A stretch of 64,000 nt of DNA from Fusobacteriaceae bacterium (GCA_051656905.1 JBOFJQ010000015.1:66861-130860), one strand, 5' to 3'. Counted from the stretch's first letter, positions 11,236 to 21,728 are shown. A program made the numbers and translations. Notes: generated by a model not told the origin, from the sequence alone.

Positions 11236-11496
11236 ATGTTTTTATTATATTTAATAAATAAAGTTCTAGATATTTTTATGCTAGTTCTTATAATAAGAGT
11301 TGTATTATCATGGATAGCACCTTATTCAAGGAATGATTTTACAAATGCAGTTTATGCTGTAACAGAACCAATTTTGAGTAAGTGTAAAGTAGTAATTCCC
11401 ATTGGAAGATCATATGTAGATTTATCTTATATAATTGTGTACTTTGGGGTACAAATTTTAAGAAAAATTATAAATTATTTATATTATATTTTGTAA
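11236..11496 (+). CDS. YggT family membrane protein
   Basis: 86 aa, 2 TM, IIRVVLSWI motif typical of YggT. Confidence 0.65.
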   Translation: MFLLYLINKVLDIFMLVLIIRVVLSWIAPYSRNDFTNAVYAVTEPILSKCKVVIPIGRSYVDLSYIIVYFGVQILRKIINYLYYIL

Positions 11497-11555
11497 AACA
11501 GAGGGGGAGTTTTCATAATCCCCTTTTGGATTTTATTTAGATTTTAGGAGGAGTA

Positions 11556-12500
11556 ATGAACGATATAAAGGAAACAATTGACGACTATCATATACCGGTT
11601 CTTTATTATGAAACGTTAGATAATTTAGTAGTAAATCCAGATGGTGTATATGTTGATTGTACTCTCGGAGGAGGAGGACACTCTGAAGGGATATTAAAAA
11701 GACTATCTCCTAAAGGTGTTTTAATTTCAATAGATCAAGATCAGCAAGCGATTGATTATGCTAAAAAGAGATTAGAGGGATATCCAAATTGGAAATGTTT
11801 TAAAAACAACTTTGAAAACATAGAAACTGTTATATATATGGCAGGTTATGATAAAGTTGATGGAATCTTAATGGATATTGGAGTTTCTTCAACACAGCTT
11901 GACGATGCAGAGAGAGGATTTTCTTATAGATTTGACGCAAGATTAGATATGAGAATGAATACTTCAGCGAAGATTTCAGCTTATGAAGTGGTAAATACTT
12001 ACGAAGAGGGAGCTTTATCTAAAATATTCTTTGAATTTGGTGAAGAGAGACATGCAAGAAGAATAGCTAAATATATTTGTGATTCAAGAAAAGAAAAACC
12101 TATTGAAACAACAGGTGACTTAGTTGCAATTATAAAGAGAGCTTATCCAGAAAGAGCTGCAAAGCATCCTGCTAAGAAGACTTTCCAAGCTATAAGAATT
12201 GAGGTTAATAAAGAGCTAGAAGTGTTAGAAAATGCTGTAAACAAAGCTGTAGACTGCTTAAAAGTAGGTGGAAGATTAGGAATTATAACTTTCCACTCTT
12301 TAGAGGATAGAATGGTAAAAACAATGTTTAAGGATTTTGCTACTGACTGTATATGTCCACCAAGACTTCCAGTTTGTATTTGTAATAACAAAGCAAAAGT
12401 AAAATTAGTTACTAAAAAACCAATAATACCTTCAGAAGACGAGCTTGATCAAAATAAAAGATCTCGTTCATCTAAATTAAGAGTAATAGAGAGGATTTAA
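11556..12500 (+). CDS. rsmH: 16S rRNA (cytosine1402-N4)-methyltransferase
   Basis: 314 aa with HIPVL, DCTLGGGGHS, DIGVSS and FHSLEDR motifs. Confidence 0.95.
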   Translation: MNDIKETIDDYHIPVLYYETLDNLVVNPDGVYVDCTLGGGGHSEGILKRLSPKGVLISIDQDQQAIDYAKKRLEGYPNWKCFKNNFENIETVIYMAGYDKVDGILMDIGVSSTQLDDAERGFSYRFDARLDMRMNTSAKISAYEVVNTYEEGALSKIFFEFGEERHARRIAKYICDSRKEKPIETTGDLVAIIKRAYPERAAKHPAKKTFQAIRIEVNKELEVLENAVNKAVDCLKVGGRLGIITFHSLEDRMVKTMFKDFATDCICPPRLPVCICNNKAKVKLVTKKPIIPSEDELDQNKRSRSSKLRVIERI

Positions 12501-12502
12501 GT

Positions 12503-12772
12503 ATGAAAATAAAACTGATAATAGGAATTTTAATGTTTATAGTTGCTACATGGGCAACTAATAGTGTTTATCTAAATAAAGTATCACAATCTGAAAAATT
12601 ATTAGCAGTAAAAGAAAGAGAAGTTGAGACACTGTCAAGAAAATATGACTCTTTAATAATTGAATATGATAATACAATAGATTTAGGAAAAATAAAGAAA
12701 ACTCTTGAAAAGCAAGGAATGCAAGTTAGTAGAGAGGTAAATTATTTTAAAATTTCCGAAAATAATCAGTAG
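12503..12772 (+). CDS. FtsL-like small bitopic protein
   Basis: 89 aa with one TM plus a coiled coil, directly after rsmH as in dcw clusters. Confidence 0.5.
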   Translation: MKIKLIIGILMFIVATWATNSVYLNKVSQSEKLLAVKEREVETLSRKYDSLIIEYDNTIDLGKIKKTLEKQGMQVSREVNYFKISENNQ

Positions 12773-12791
12773 TTAAATTTGAGGAGGAATT

Positions 12792-14159
12792 TTGGATTTT
12801 AAAAAAGGTGACTTAAAAGAGATTACAATTGAAAAAATAGTTTATGGAGGGGAAGGATTAGGTTATATAGATGGTTTTGCTATCTTTGTACCAATGTCTG
12901 TTCCAGGAGATAAAGCTATTATAGAAATAATATCTTTGAAAAAAACTTATGGTAGAGGTCTTATAAAAGAGATATTAGAAAAAGGAAAAGAGAGAGTTGC
13001 TAGTGATAGTATAACATTTGAAGAGTTTCATGGGTGTGACTTTGCTATGTTAGAATACGAATCTCAATTGAAATATAAAGATGATATGGTAAAAGATGTA
13101 ATGGGGAAAATTGGTAAAATTACAACTTTAGAGATACCTTCAATTTTAGGTGCAGAGGATCCTTATCACTACAGAAATAAAGTAATAGAGCCTTTCTCAT
13201 TATTTAATGGGAATGTTATCACAGGATTTTTTAAAAGAAGATCTCACGATGTATTTGAAGTAGAAGAAAACTTTTTAAATTCAAAAGTAGGAAACAAAAT
13301 AATTAAAGAGTTAAAAAATATTTTAAATACTTTAGATAAAAAGATTTCTGTATATGATGAAAAAGCTCATAAAGGTGTTTTAAGACATATAATGGTTAGA
13401 ACTAACTCTATTGGTGAAGCTATGGTAGTTTTAATAGTTAATGCTCAAAAAGAGAATCCTATTATTTTAGATGTATTAAAAAAATTATCTGAAAAAGTTC
13501 AAGAAGTAAAATCATCATATATATCTATCAATAAAGATAGAACAAACTTTGCTTTAGGAAGAGAAAATCATCATATTTTAGGTGCTAAAACATTGAAAGA
13601 GAATTTATTTGGAATAGAATTTAATATTTCACCTACATCATTCTTTCAAATTAATATAGATCAGACTAAAAAACTTTATCAAACAGCTTTAGATTTTTCT
13701 AATGGAATTCAAGATAAAGTAGTTGTAGATGCTTATTCAGGTACTGGAACAATAGGTATGATTTTATCTAAGAAAGCTAAAAAAGTTTATGCTATAGAGA
13801 TAGTAAAATCAGCAACTGAAGATGGAAAGAAGACAGCTTTAGAGAATAACATAAAAAATATAGAATTCATAAACGGAGCTTTCGAAGATAAATTAGTTGA
13901 GCTTTTAAAAAGTGGAGTTAAAGTAGATTCAATATTTTTAGATCCACCAAGAAAAGGTGTAGAAGAGGCAGCTCTAATACATATAGCAGATACAAAAATA
14001 GAAGAGTTAGTATATATATCTTGTAACCCTTCTACACTTGCAAGAGACGCAGCTATACTTGAAACTAGAGGTTATAAGCTAGATAGATTACAACCTGTGG
14101 ATATGTTCCCACAAACTAGCCATATAGAGTGTGTAGCTAGATTTATCCTAGTAAAATAA
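12792..14159 (+). CDS. 23S rRNA (uracil-5)-methyltransferase, RlmD/RumA family
   Basis: TTG start after GAGGAGG. TRAM-like N-terminus, then FFQIN, DAYSGTGTIG, DPPRKG and YISCNP motifs. Confidence 0.85.
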   Translation: MDFKKGDLKEITIEKIVYGGEGLGYIDGFAIFVPMSVPGDKAIIEIISLKKTYGRGLIKEILEKGKERVASDSITFEEFHGCDFAMLEYESQLKYKDDMVKDVMGKIGKITTLEIPSILGAEDPYHYRNKVIEPFSLFNGNVITGFFKRRSHDVFEVEENFLNSKVGNKIIKELKNILNTLDKKISVYDEKAHKGVLRHIMVRTNSIGEAMVVLIVNAQKENPIILDVLKKLSEKVQEVKSSYISINKDRTNFALGRENHHILGAKTLKENLFGIEFNISPTSFFQINIDQTKKLYQTALDFSNGIQDKVVVDAYSGTGTIGMILSKKAKKVYAIEIVKSATEDGKKTALENNIKNIEFINGAFEDKLVELLKSGVKVDSIFLDPPRKGVEEAALIHIADTKIEELVYISCNPSTLARDAAILETRGYKLDRLQPVDMFPQTSHIECVARFILVK

Positions 14160-14182
14160 GGGTTTCAGAAGGATTATGGTAA

Positions 14183-14212
14183 GGTAGGAAATTGTTTTCC
14201 TACCTATTTTTT
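14183..14212 (+). terminator. rho-independent terminator
   Basis: ggtaggaaa ttgt tttcctacc hairpin followed by tatttttt. Confidence 0.75.
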
Positions 14213-14358
14213 ATTACGGTGTTTAAAATATAGTCTTATTTTTATTGCATTATTATTACCAATAATGTATGATAAATAACGAGATTTTAATTTGCAGTTA
14301 TAAATTGAAACTTTTAAAATTAAAAGAGTATAGATAGATTCTTTTATAAGGAGGAAAA

Positions 14359-15309
14359 ATGAAATTTGGAAATATCTGTGAAAGAGTAAAAAGATTTCCT
14401 GTAGGGGCAATAGCTACATTTTTAGGAGCTGCCACAATTTCAAATGCATATGCATTGTTTGGTTTTGTATTCATCCGTCATCTATTTATGATTATAGGGG
14501 CAGGGGTTATATTACTGAATATAATGAAGATAACTCTTCATAAAGAAGTTTTTATAAAGGAAAGCAATTTTCCAGTGTCTGCAAGTATTTATTGTACGTT
14601 ATCAATGTTAACAATTACTTTTGGGAGCTATATATTTTCTTATAATCCTTTAGTAGGAAAGATAATATGGTTAACAGGAATAATTTTTCATATAGTAATG
14701 ATATTAGGTTTTACATATAATCATCTGATTAAAAAATTTGATATGAAGTTTTTTGTACCTAGTTGGTTTATAGTTTATAGTGGAATAATGGTTACAGGAG
14801 TTGTGGGTAGTCAGATGGGGGAACCTTTAATTGTAAAATATATAACTTATTATGGATTAACGGCATTTTTTATAGTATTGCCATTTATGGTTAAAAGAGT
14901 GCTTAAAAATCCATTGCCAACAGATCTTATGCATACTAAAGCAGTTTTTATGGCTCCAGTAAGTTTAGGATTAACATCTTATTTAAATATTACAAAAGAA
15001 TATAATGAGCCATTTATTATCTTACTTTATAGTATATTATTAATTTCTCTTGTGGTAATATTGAAAAATATACCAAAGTTTTTTTCTGTAAGTTTCACTC
15101 CTACTTTTGGAGCGTTAACATTTCCCATGGCGATAGGAACAGTAGCATCTTTTAGAGTGGCATTGTTTTTAAAAACGTATAATTATTTATCGTTATATAG
15201 TATAGTTTATAATATAGCCGGAATACAGCTGTTTATTACTACTGCAATTCTAGGGTTTGTTATATTTAATTTTTTAAAAAAAGTTAATTATAGTTCTGAA
15301 ATAAAATAA
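14359..15309 (+). CDS. TDT (TehA/Mae1-like) family transporter
   Basis: 316 aa with about 10 TM. The family call rests on general resemblance only. Confidence 0.55.
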   Translation: MKFGNICERVKRFPVGAIATFLGAATISNAYALFGFVFIRHLFMIIGAGVILLNIMKITLHKEVFIKESNFPVSASIYCTLSMLTITFGSYIFSYNPLVGKIIWLTGIIFHIVMILGFTYNHLIKKFDMKFFVPSWFIVYSGIMVTGVVGSQMGEPLIVKYITYYGLTAFFIVLPFMVKRVLKNPLPTDLMHTKAVFMAPVSLGLTSYLNITKEYNEPFIILLYSILLISLVVILKNIPKFFSVSFTPTFGALTFPMAIGTVASFRVALFLKTYNYLSLYSIVYNIAGIQLFITTAILGFVIFNFLKKVNYSSEIK

Positions 15310-15473
15310 AATAAAATACGTGGAGCTGTAATTATAAAGTATTCTGTTGTAAAATATTGAACTATGGAATAGATATGGTAGTAAGAAAGCCACAGAGAAA
15401 TAAAAGCGAGAGAGTTAAAATTAGTAATAATTGATTAATTAAAATTAATAGAAAATAATAATAGGGGTAAAAT

Positions 15474-16199
15474 ATGAAAATAATTTTTTCGCCAAGTAAG
15501 GGAATGGATAATTCAGTGATAAAAAATTCTTTAAATAGTGAACTACCTTTATTTATAGAGAAAGCTAATTATTTAAGAAATATAATATCTGAACTTTCAG
15601 TGGAAGACTTTGAAAAGAAATTTAAATTAAAAGGAAAGTTACTACAAGAAGCTTATAATATTGCCATAAATAAAGAAAATGAAGTAGAAAAAGAAGCATT
15701 ACTTTTTTATAGTGGTGTAAGTTTTAGACAACTAGAACTAGAAAAGTATAGTAAGGATGATTTTTCTTATGCTAAGAATCATGTGTTTATTCTTTCAGCT
15801 TTGTACGGAGTATTAAATGCCCTAGATAGAATAAAAGCATATAGGTTAGATATGGGAATTAAAATTTTAGATGAATCTTTATATTCCTTTTGGAAAAAAG
15901 AGATAGATAATTTCTTTAAAGAAGAGGATTTAATTATTAATTTAGCATCAAATGAATTCTCTAAAATGTTAGATAGAAAGAAGCAACCGAGAATTATAGA
16001 TGTTGAATTTAGACAGCTAATTGATGGGAATTTAAAAAATATAAGTACTGAAGCTAAAAAAGCTAGAGGGTTGTTTTTAAACTACATGATAAAGAATAAG
16101 ATAGTTGATGATATCAAATTGAAAGAGTTTAACCTTGAAGGATATATTTTTTCAGAGGAAAACTCAGAAAGTAATAAACTAATTTTTATAAAAAAATAA
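15474..16199 (+). CDS. yaaA: peroxide stress protein YaaA (DUF328)
   Basis: MKIIFSPSKGM start and the LSALYGVL...R.DM core are typical of YaaA. Confidence 0.85.
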   Translation: MKIIFSPSKGMDNSVIKNSLNSELPLFIEKANYLRNIISELSVEDFEKKFKLKGKLLQEAYNIAINKENEVEKEALLFYSGVSFRQLELEKYSKDDFSYAKNHVFILSALYGVLNALDRIKAYRLDMGIKILDESLYSFWKKEIDNFFKEEDLIINLASNEFSKMLDRKKQPRIIDVEFRQLIDGNLKNISTEAKKARGLFLNYMIKNKIVDDIKLKEFNLEGYIFSEENSESNKLIFIKK

Positions 16200-16225
16200 A
16201 ATAAAATAAAATAAAATAAAATAAG
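16196..16225. repeat. (ATAAA)n pentanucleotide microsatellite, about 6 units
   Basis: Read directly. The first unit contains the yaaA stop codon. Confidence 0.9.
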
Positions 16226-16275
16226 ATCCCAAACTGTAAGTATGTAAATATTCATAGTTTGGGATCTTATTTTTT
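16225..16275 (+). terminator. rho-independent terminator
   Basis: 11-bp stem gatcccaaact / agtttgggatc followed by a T-run. Confidence 0.7.
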
Positions 16276-16460
16276 AATCTCTAAAGAAATATTAATAATT
16301 TATTATTAAAAATATATATAAAATAGTGTCCCATTTTTTTATTTAAATTTTATTTATATTGTTAAATTATAGTACAAAAATAAAAAAAACTCTAAAAGGT
16401 TACTAAAAAAGTCAGGAATGTGGTATAATTAATTATCTTAACAATAAAAAGGAGGCAAAA

Positions 16461-17090
16461 ATGGATACATATTATTCAAGAAAAGAAGAATGGATAAGTG
16501 CAATGACTCACTTTTTAGGAGTTGCTCTTGGTCTAATAGGTTTAGGAGCTTTACTAGTTCATTCATTACATATAGGACATACAGGATATTTAATAGGGAA
16601 TATTGTTTTTACAATATCAATAATATTATTATATTCAATGTCTGGAACGTATCACATATTAAAAAATGAAAAAGCAAAAAAAATATTTAAAATTTTAGAT
16701 CATTCTGCGATTTATGTCCTTATTTCAGGAACTTATACTCCTTATCTTTTAGGTGTTTTAGAGGGAGAGAAAAAGTGGATTTTATTTTCTTTGCAGTGGG
16801 GTCTAACTTTTTTAGGAATAATTTTTAAAATATTTTACACAGGTAAGTTTAACAAAGTTTCAACATTAATATATCTCATTATGGGATGGATGATTATATT
16901 TGTGTATAATGATTTAAAAATGCTTACAAATGCTTTATCTGTTCACTTTTTATTGGCTGGTGGAATAACTTATACTGTTGGAGTAATTTTTTATCTTTTA
17001 AAAGATGTAAAGTATTCCCATGCTGTATGGCATTTATTTGTTCTTGGTGGAACTATTTTTATTTATGTTTCTGTTTATTTACTAAAATAA
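16461..17090 (+). CDS. hemolysin III / PAQR family membrane protein
   Basis: 209 aa, 7 TM, with the conserved SGTYH, DHSAIY and HLFV histidine motifs. Confidence 0.85.
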   Translation: MDTYYSRKEEWISAMTHFLGVALGLIGLGALLVHSLHIGHTGYLIGNIVFTISIILLYSMSGTYHILKNEKAKKIFKILDHSAIYVLISGTYTPYLLGVLEGEKKWILFSLQWGLTFLGIIFKIFYTGKFNKVSTLIYLIMGWMIIFVYNDLKMLTNALSVHFLLAGGITYTVGVIFYLLKDVKYSHAVWHLFVLGGTIFIYVSVYLLK

Positions 17091-17261
17091 AAAATATTTA
17101 AAAAATAAAAAAGTATAAGATTTTAAAAAAAATTGGAATCATTAATAAGGCGATACAGTATATCATTATACTTGAAAAAGAGAAGTTGCTATGATAAAAT
17201 GAAAAGCAACGCAAAAATTATAAAATATAATATATAAAATAATTTTATAAATGGAGAGATA

Positions 17262-17654
17262 ATGAAAAAACTAAGAAAATTTTTTGCTATACTAATGGTT
17301 TCATTGCTTACAGTTTCAATTTCAACAGAGGCTTTAGCACATAAACATTCAAAAAAAGATGATAAGCATAAAGAAAAATACTGGGAAAAAGATGATGATA
17401 GATGTTATTACAATGATGGGCCAGGAAATAACGGAAAAGGTCATGCATATGGCTTATACAAGGATAAAAAAGACAAATGTTATTGTGATAAGTGTTGGAA
17501 TAAAAAAGATAAAAAATATAGAAAAGATTGTGATAAAGACTGGAATAGAAATTGTAACAATGATTGGGAAAAAGATTGGAGCGATAAAAACGACCAAGAA
17601 AGATTTGAAACAATTATGCAAGGAACAGCAGATTTTATTAACTCAATTAAATAG
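17262..17654 (+). CDS. secreted Lys/Asp/Cys/Trp-rich small protein, unknown function
   Basis: Signal peptide MKKLRKFFAILMVSLLTVSISTEALA, then a highly charged KD-rich body with 6 Cys. GGAGAG RBS is present. Confidence 0.55.
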   Translation: MKKLRKFFAILMVSLLTVSISTEALAHKHSKKDDKHKEKYWEKDDDRCYYNDGPGNNGKGHAYGLYKDKKDKCYCDKCWNKKDKKYRKDCDKDWNRNCNNDWEKDWSDKNDQERFETIMQGTADFINSIK

Positions 17655-17670
17655 GTGATTTTTAATAAAA

Positions 17671-17697
17671 AAGTGAAAGGATAAAACCTTTCACTTT
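17671..17697. terminator. bidirectional terminator hairpin
   Basis: aagtgaaagg ataaaa cctttcactt flanked by an A-run and a T-run, between convergent genes. Confidence 0.65.
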
Positions 17698-17713
17698 TTA
17701 TATTGTTAGAATC

Positions 17714-18538
17714 TTAAAATGCTGGAACACCAGATCCTTTATAATATTCAACAATTTTATTTCTAGTTTCTTGAGTGTTATATATTTCAAGTAACTTTTT
17801 AATTTCAGCATTATTTTGGTTATCTTCTCTAACTGCAATAATATTGAAATATTTTTTCATTCTATCTTGTTTAGGATCTTCTAAAAATATAGAGTCTTTA
17901 CTAGGATTATAACCAGATTCAATAGCTACATTGTTATTGATTGCTGCAATATCAATATCTTCTAAAGATCTAGGGATTTGAGTTGCTACAAGTTCAATAA
18001 TTTCCAATTGTTTAGGGTTCTCTATAATATCTTTTACAGTTTCAAGTCCATCAGTACGAGGAGTTAATTTAATAAGTCCAGCATCTTGTAACAATAAAAG
18101 ACCTCTTGCTCCATTAGAAGCATCGTTAGGAATAGCTACTTTTGCTTTATCTTTTAAAGTTGAAAGATCAGTTAATTTTTTAGAGTATATTCCCATAGGT
18201 GTCAATATAGTGTAAGCTGCATTAACAATAGTTAATTTATGATCCGCTTTAAATTTATCAAAATAAATAACTGTCTGGAATGAATTCGCATCAAGTTCTT
18301 TCTCTTGAAGGGCTAAGTTAGGTCTTACATAGTCTGAAAAACTGATAAGTTTTAATTCAATACCTTCTGCTGCTAACCTTGTTTTAACACTTTCCCAAAT
18401 AATGTTTTCTTCACCACTAATTCCTAATTTAATAACTTTCTTTGATTGCTCTTTAGGCTTATCTTCTGATTTTCCACATCCAATAATACCAGTTAGTAGA
18501 GTAATGATTAATAATGCAGTTTTAAAAATGTTTTTCAT
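17714..18538 (-). CDS. metQ: methionine ABC transporter substrate-binding lipoprotein
   Basis: 274 aa with lipobox LTGIIGC. NlpA/MetQ family, downstream of metN-metI. Confidence 0.9.
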   Translation of the reverse strand: MKNIFKTALLIITLLTGIIGCGKSEDKPKEQSKKVIKLGISGEENIIWESVKTRLAAEGIELKLISFSDYVRPNLALQEKELDANSFQTVIYFDKFKADHKLTIVNAAYTILTPMGIYSKKLTDLSTLKDKAKVAIPNDASNGARGLLLLQDAGLIKLTPRTDGLETVKDIIENPKQLEIIELVATQIPRSLEDIDIAAINNNVAIESGYNPSKDSIFLEDPKQDRMKKYFNIIAVREDNQNNAEIKKLLEIYNTQETRNKIVEYYKGSGVPAF

Positions 18539-18591
18539 AAAATCCCCCTTATATATATAATATTTTAAAATAACTTAATAAAATTAACAGT

Positions 18592-19272
18592 TTAATGTTT
18601 AAGTTTTTTTAGGAAAAAATCTCCTATCCATTGAATTAAAGTAATTATTCCTAGTAAAATTATTACTGTAACTACCATAATATCCGTCTTGAAATATTGG
18701 TAACCATATCTAATAGCAAAGTCTCCAAGACCTCCTCCACCTACAGTTCCTGCCACTGCAGAAAAACCAATTAGACTAACTGTTGTTATAACAAGAGCAT
18801 GAATAATTCCAGGTAAAGATTCTTTTAAAAGAACTCTATAAATAATCTCAAAAGGAGATGAGCCCATAGAGTGAGCAGCTTCAATTACTCCAGGATTAAC
18901 AGTAAGTAATGCAGTTTCAATTTGTCTTGCAACAAAGGGTGCAGTACCAAAGACAAGAGGCACTATAGCACCTTTTAATCCTATAGTTGTTCCAGCAAAG
19001 AATCTAGTTACAGGAATTAATGATGCAAGTAAAATAACAAAAGGTATAGATCTTAGAATATTTATTATTTTACTTATAATTTCATAAACATATTTATTTT
19101 CCATAAGACCATCTTTTTTTGTAACAACAAGAGCTACTCCAATAGGTAGACCAATTATAACTGCTATGATTCCAGAAACACTAACCATAATAAGAGTGTC
19201 ACATAAGGCTAATATTAGATCACTTCTATATTTGATTACGTTTTCGATTAGTTTATAAGCTTGTTCTTGCAT
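18592..19272 (-). CDS. metI: methionine ABC transporter permease
   Basis: 226 aa, 5-6 TM, MetI-type permease in operon context. Confidence 0.9.
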   Translation of the reverse strand: MQEQAYKLIENVIKYRSDLILALCDTLIMVSVSGIIAVIIGLPIGVALVVTKKDGLMENKYVYEIISKIINILRSIPFVILLASLIPVTRFFAGTTIGLKGAIVPLVFGTAPFVARQIETALLTVNPGVIEAAHSMGSSPFEIIYRVLLKESLPGIIHALVITTVSLIGFSAVAGTVGGGGLGDFAIRYGYQYFKTDIMVVTVIILLGIITLIQWIGDFFLKKLKH

Positions 19273-20287
19273 TTTTTAAAACCTCCGTATATATATTATT
19301 TGAATTTAGATAGTGAACAGCACCAAGTAATTTATGGTCATCACCTTTTAACATTACAACTAGATTTCCAATTGGAACATTTTGAATTATTTCAATGTTT
19401 CCAAATAGAATACTGGCATCTAATTCAAACTCTCTAGATATTTTTGATATATAAGCTTCTTCAGCTTTACTTCCAACATATGAAAGTTTAATTACCTGCT
19501 CATCATCTTTTAAATCAAAAGTGCTTAAAAAATGTACTATTTTGTCATTGTTAAAGATTGAAGAAACAAATTTTTTAGTCATTTCAGCTTTAGGTTTTGA
19601 AAATATATCTACTACATCTCCATTTTCAACGATTTGACCTTTTTCCATAATTGCAACTTTATGACAAATTTCTTTTATAACTTCCATTTGATGTGTAATT
19701 AAAGCAATAGTTAATCCTAATTCTTTATTTATCTTTTTTAAAAGTTCTAAAATAGAAAGAGTAGTTTCTGGATCAAGAGCAGAAGTTGCTTCATCACATA
19801 GAAGGATTTCAGGGTCATTTGCTAAGGCACGAGCTATGGCAACTCTCTGCTTTTGTCCTCCACTTAATTGAGAAGGATAGCTATGTGCTTTATCTCTAAG
19901 TCCTACAAGTGTTAACAGATTATTTACTTTATTTTCAATTTCATCTTTTTTTAAATTGCTGTTATTTAGTGGATAAGCTATATTATCAAAAACATCTCTA
20001 CTATCCATTAAGTTGAAATGCTGGAATATCATTCCAATTTTTTTTCTAGCTTTTCTTAAATCCGAATCAGACAATTTTGTAATATCCCTATTGTTTATAA
20101 TAACTTCGCCTGAATCTGGTCTTTCTAATAAGTTAATACATCTTATTAAGCTACTTTTTCCAGCTCCACTATAACCAATAATTCCTACTATTTCCCCTTT
20201 TTTTATGTGAAGGTTAACATCTTTTACTGCATGAACTGACATGTTTTTTACATTATAAGTTTTTTGTAGATTTTTTAATTGAATCAT
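19253..20287 (-). CDS. metN: methionine ABC transporter ATP-binding protein
   Basis: Walker A GYSGAGKS, signature LSGGQKQR, and a C-terminal NIL domain. I place the start at ATG 20287 (MIQLKNL). Confidence 0.92.
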   Translation of the reverse strand: MIQLKNLQKTYNVKNMSVHAVKDVNLHIKKGEIVGIIGYSGAGKSSLIRCINLLERPDSGEVIINNRDITKLSDSDLRKARKKIGMIFQHFNLMDSRDVFDNIAYPLNNSNLKKDEIENKVNNLLTLVGLRDKAHSYPSQLSGGQKQRVAIARALANDPEILLCDEATSALDPETTLSILELLKKINKELGLTIALITHQMEVIKEICHKVAIMEKGQIVENGDVVDIFSKPKAEMTKKFVSSIFNNDKIVHFLSTFDLKDDEQVIKLSYVGSKAEEAYISKISREFELDASILFGNIEIIQNVPIGNLVVMLKGDDHKLLGAVHYLNSNNIYTEVLKNARTSL

Positions 20288-20324
20288 AATTAGCACTCCT
20301 TAGTAATAAATTATAGTATAAAGA

Positions 20325-20485
20325 AAAATCCTCTTTATCAAATGGTACGATAAAGAGGATTTATTCTTCTGAATAAATACTTCTTATCTTCCAAGTTAAA
20401 ATACTTGCAGGAATTAGCACCGTGTATTGTACCGGTTGCTGAAACTTCATAGGGCCTGTCCCTCAGTTTCTCTTGATAAGGATTA
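20325..20485 (-). ncRNA. SAM-I (S-box) riboswitch with terminator, leader of metNIQ
   Basis: The reverse complement reads CTTATCAAGAGAAACTGAGGGACAGGCCCTATGAAGTTTCAGCAACCGGTACAATACACGGTGCTAATTCCTGCAAG...GGAAGATAAG, which contains the conserved S-box cores. A 13-bp hairpin AATCCTCTTTATC/GATAAAGAGGATT and a T-run follow. Confidence 0.88.
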
Positions 20486-20697
20486 TTTAATTTATTTTTA
20501 TATTTCCTGTTATAATACACTGATTATTTCGGAATGTCAACACTTTATTTAAAAATATTTTTAGTACTATTTTATAAGTGCTTTTTTAGGTAAGATATCT
20601 TTTAGATAATAAAATAGTATGATAATATAGTTATATACTAATAAAAATAAAAGAAAAATACCAATAATTAATAAAAAAATAAAATGGGGTGAATATA

Positions 20698-21684
20698 TTG
20701 AAAATAAGATTTGGAATAGTTGGAACAGGTTTCATAGTAGATGAATTTATGAACGCAATTAAAGATTTTAAAGAGATAGAAATTGTAGGAATATATTCTA
20801 GAAAAGAGGAAACTGGACGTAATTTTGCAGATAAATATGGGATAAAAAATATCTTTACAAATATGGATGATATGGCTGAAAGTGGTATGATAGATGCTGT
20901 TTATATAGCCTCTCCTAACTCATTTCATTGCAATCAAAGTATAAAATTTTTAGAAAATAAAATTGCTGTTTTTTGTGAAAAACCAATAGGTTCTAATAAA
21001 AAAGAAGTTGAAATGATGATTGAATCTTCAATAAAAAATAAGACATTATTAATGGAAGCTATAAAGACAGTATATATGCCAAATTATGAAATAATAAAGG
21101 AACAAATACACACTATAGGGGAAGTACGTTCAGTATATTCTAGTTATTGTCAACGTTCTTCAAGATATGAAAGTTATAAGAATGGCATAATATTAAATGC
21201 CTTTAAAAAGGAGTTGTCAAATGGCTCTACTATGGATATAGGTCTCTATCCAACATATTTTGTTTATGGGTTATTTGGAGAACCAGAAAAAATAGATGCT
21301 CAAGGGTACCTACTATCAACAGGAGTAGATGGAGCTGGGACAATGATGCTAAAATATCCAGAATTTACAGCAGTAATAAATCATTCTAAAGTAGCTACAT
21401 CAAATAATTCAAGTGAAATTATAGGGGAAAAAGGCTCAATAATAATAGAAAAAATATCTACAGTTGATAAGGTAATATTTAATTACAATGATGGGACTAT
21501 TAAAGAGTATTCTTGTGATGAAAAAGCAAAAATGTATTATGAAATAGAAGAGTTCATAAAAATGTATAAAGATGGAAAATATGAATCAGAAAAAAATAAG
21601 CATATAGATTCTTTAAAAGTTATATCTATTTTAGAAACTGCAAGAAAATCTATAGGCGTAATATTTCCATGTGATGAAGAATAG
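20698..21684 (+). CDS. Gfo/Idh/MocA family oxidoreductase
   Basis: Rossmann start KIRFGIVGTGFI. I prefer TTG 20698 over GTG 20689 as the start. Confidence 0.75.
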   Translation: MKIRFGIVGTGFIVDEFMNAIKDFKEIEIVGIYSRKEETGRNFADKYGIKNIFTNMDDMAESGMIDAVYIASPNSFHCNQSIKFLENKIAVFCEKPIGSNKKEVEMMIESSIKNKTLLMEAIKTVYMPNYEIIKEQIHTIGEVRSVYSSYCQRSSRYESYKNGIILNAFKKELSNGSTMDIGLYPTYFVYGLFGEPEKIDAQGYLLSTGVDGAGTMMLKYPEFTAVINHSKVATSNNSSEIIGEKGSIIIEKISTVDKVIFNYNDGTIKEYSCDEKAKMYYEIEEFIKMYKDGKYESEKNKHIDSLKVISILETARKSIGVIFPCDEE

Positions 21685-21728
21685 AAAAACATCGTAAAAA
21701 AATGAAAATAATTAAGATTTAAAATAAA

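Noticed and set aside
14204-14410. 68-aa minus-strand ORF between rlmD-like and transporter genes
   Set aside because: It overlaps the rlmD terminator and the start of the downstream gene, and its peptide is AT-rich with no coding signal.
16196-16225. (ATAAA)n microsatellite as a phase-variation switch for yaaA
   Set aside because: The stop codon lies in the first unit, so length changes would not alter the protein. A similar short run at 15301-15318 suggests simple AT-rich slippage.
17308-17658. Two ORFs (101 aa minus strand, 99 aa plus strand) overlapping the secreted K/D-rich gene
   Set aside because: These are compositional shadows of an A/G-rich repetitive coding region. Only the 17262 frame has an RBS and a signal peptide.
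20338-20520. 60-aa ORF in the track upstream of metN
   Set aside because: The region is fully explained by the SAM-I riboswitch and its terminator on the same strand. The ORF has no RBS.
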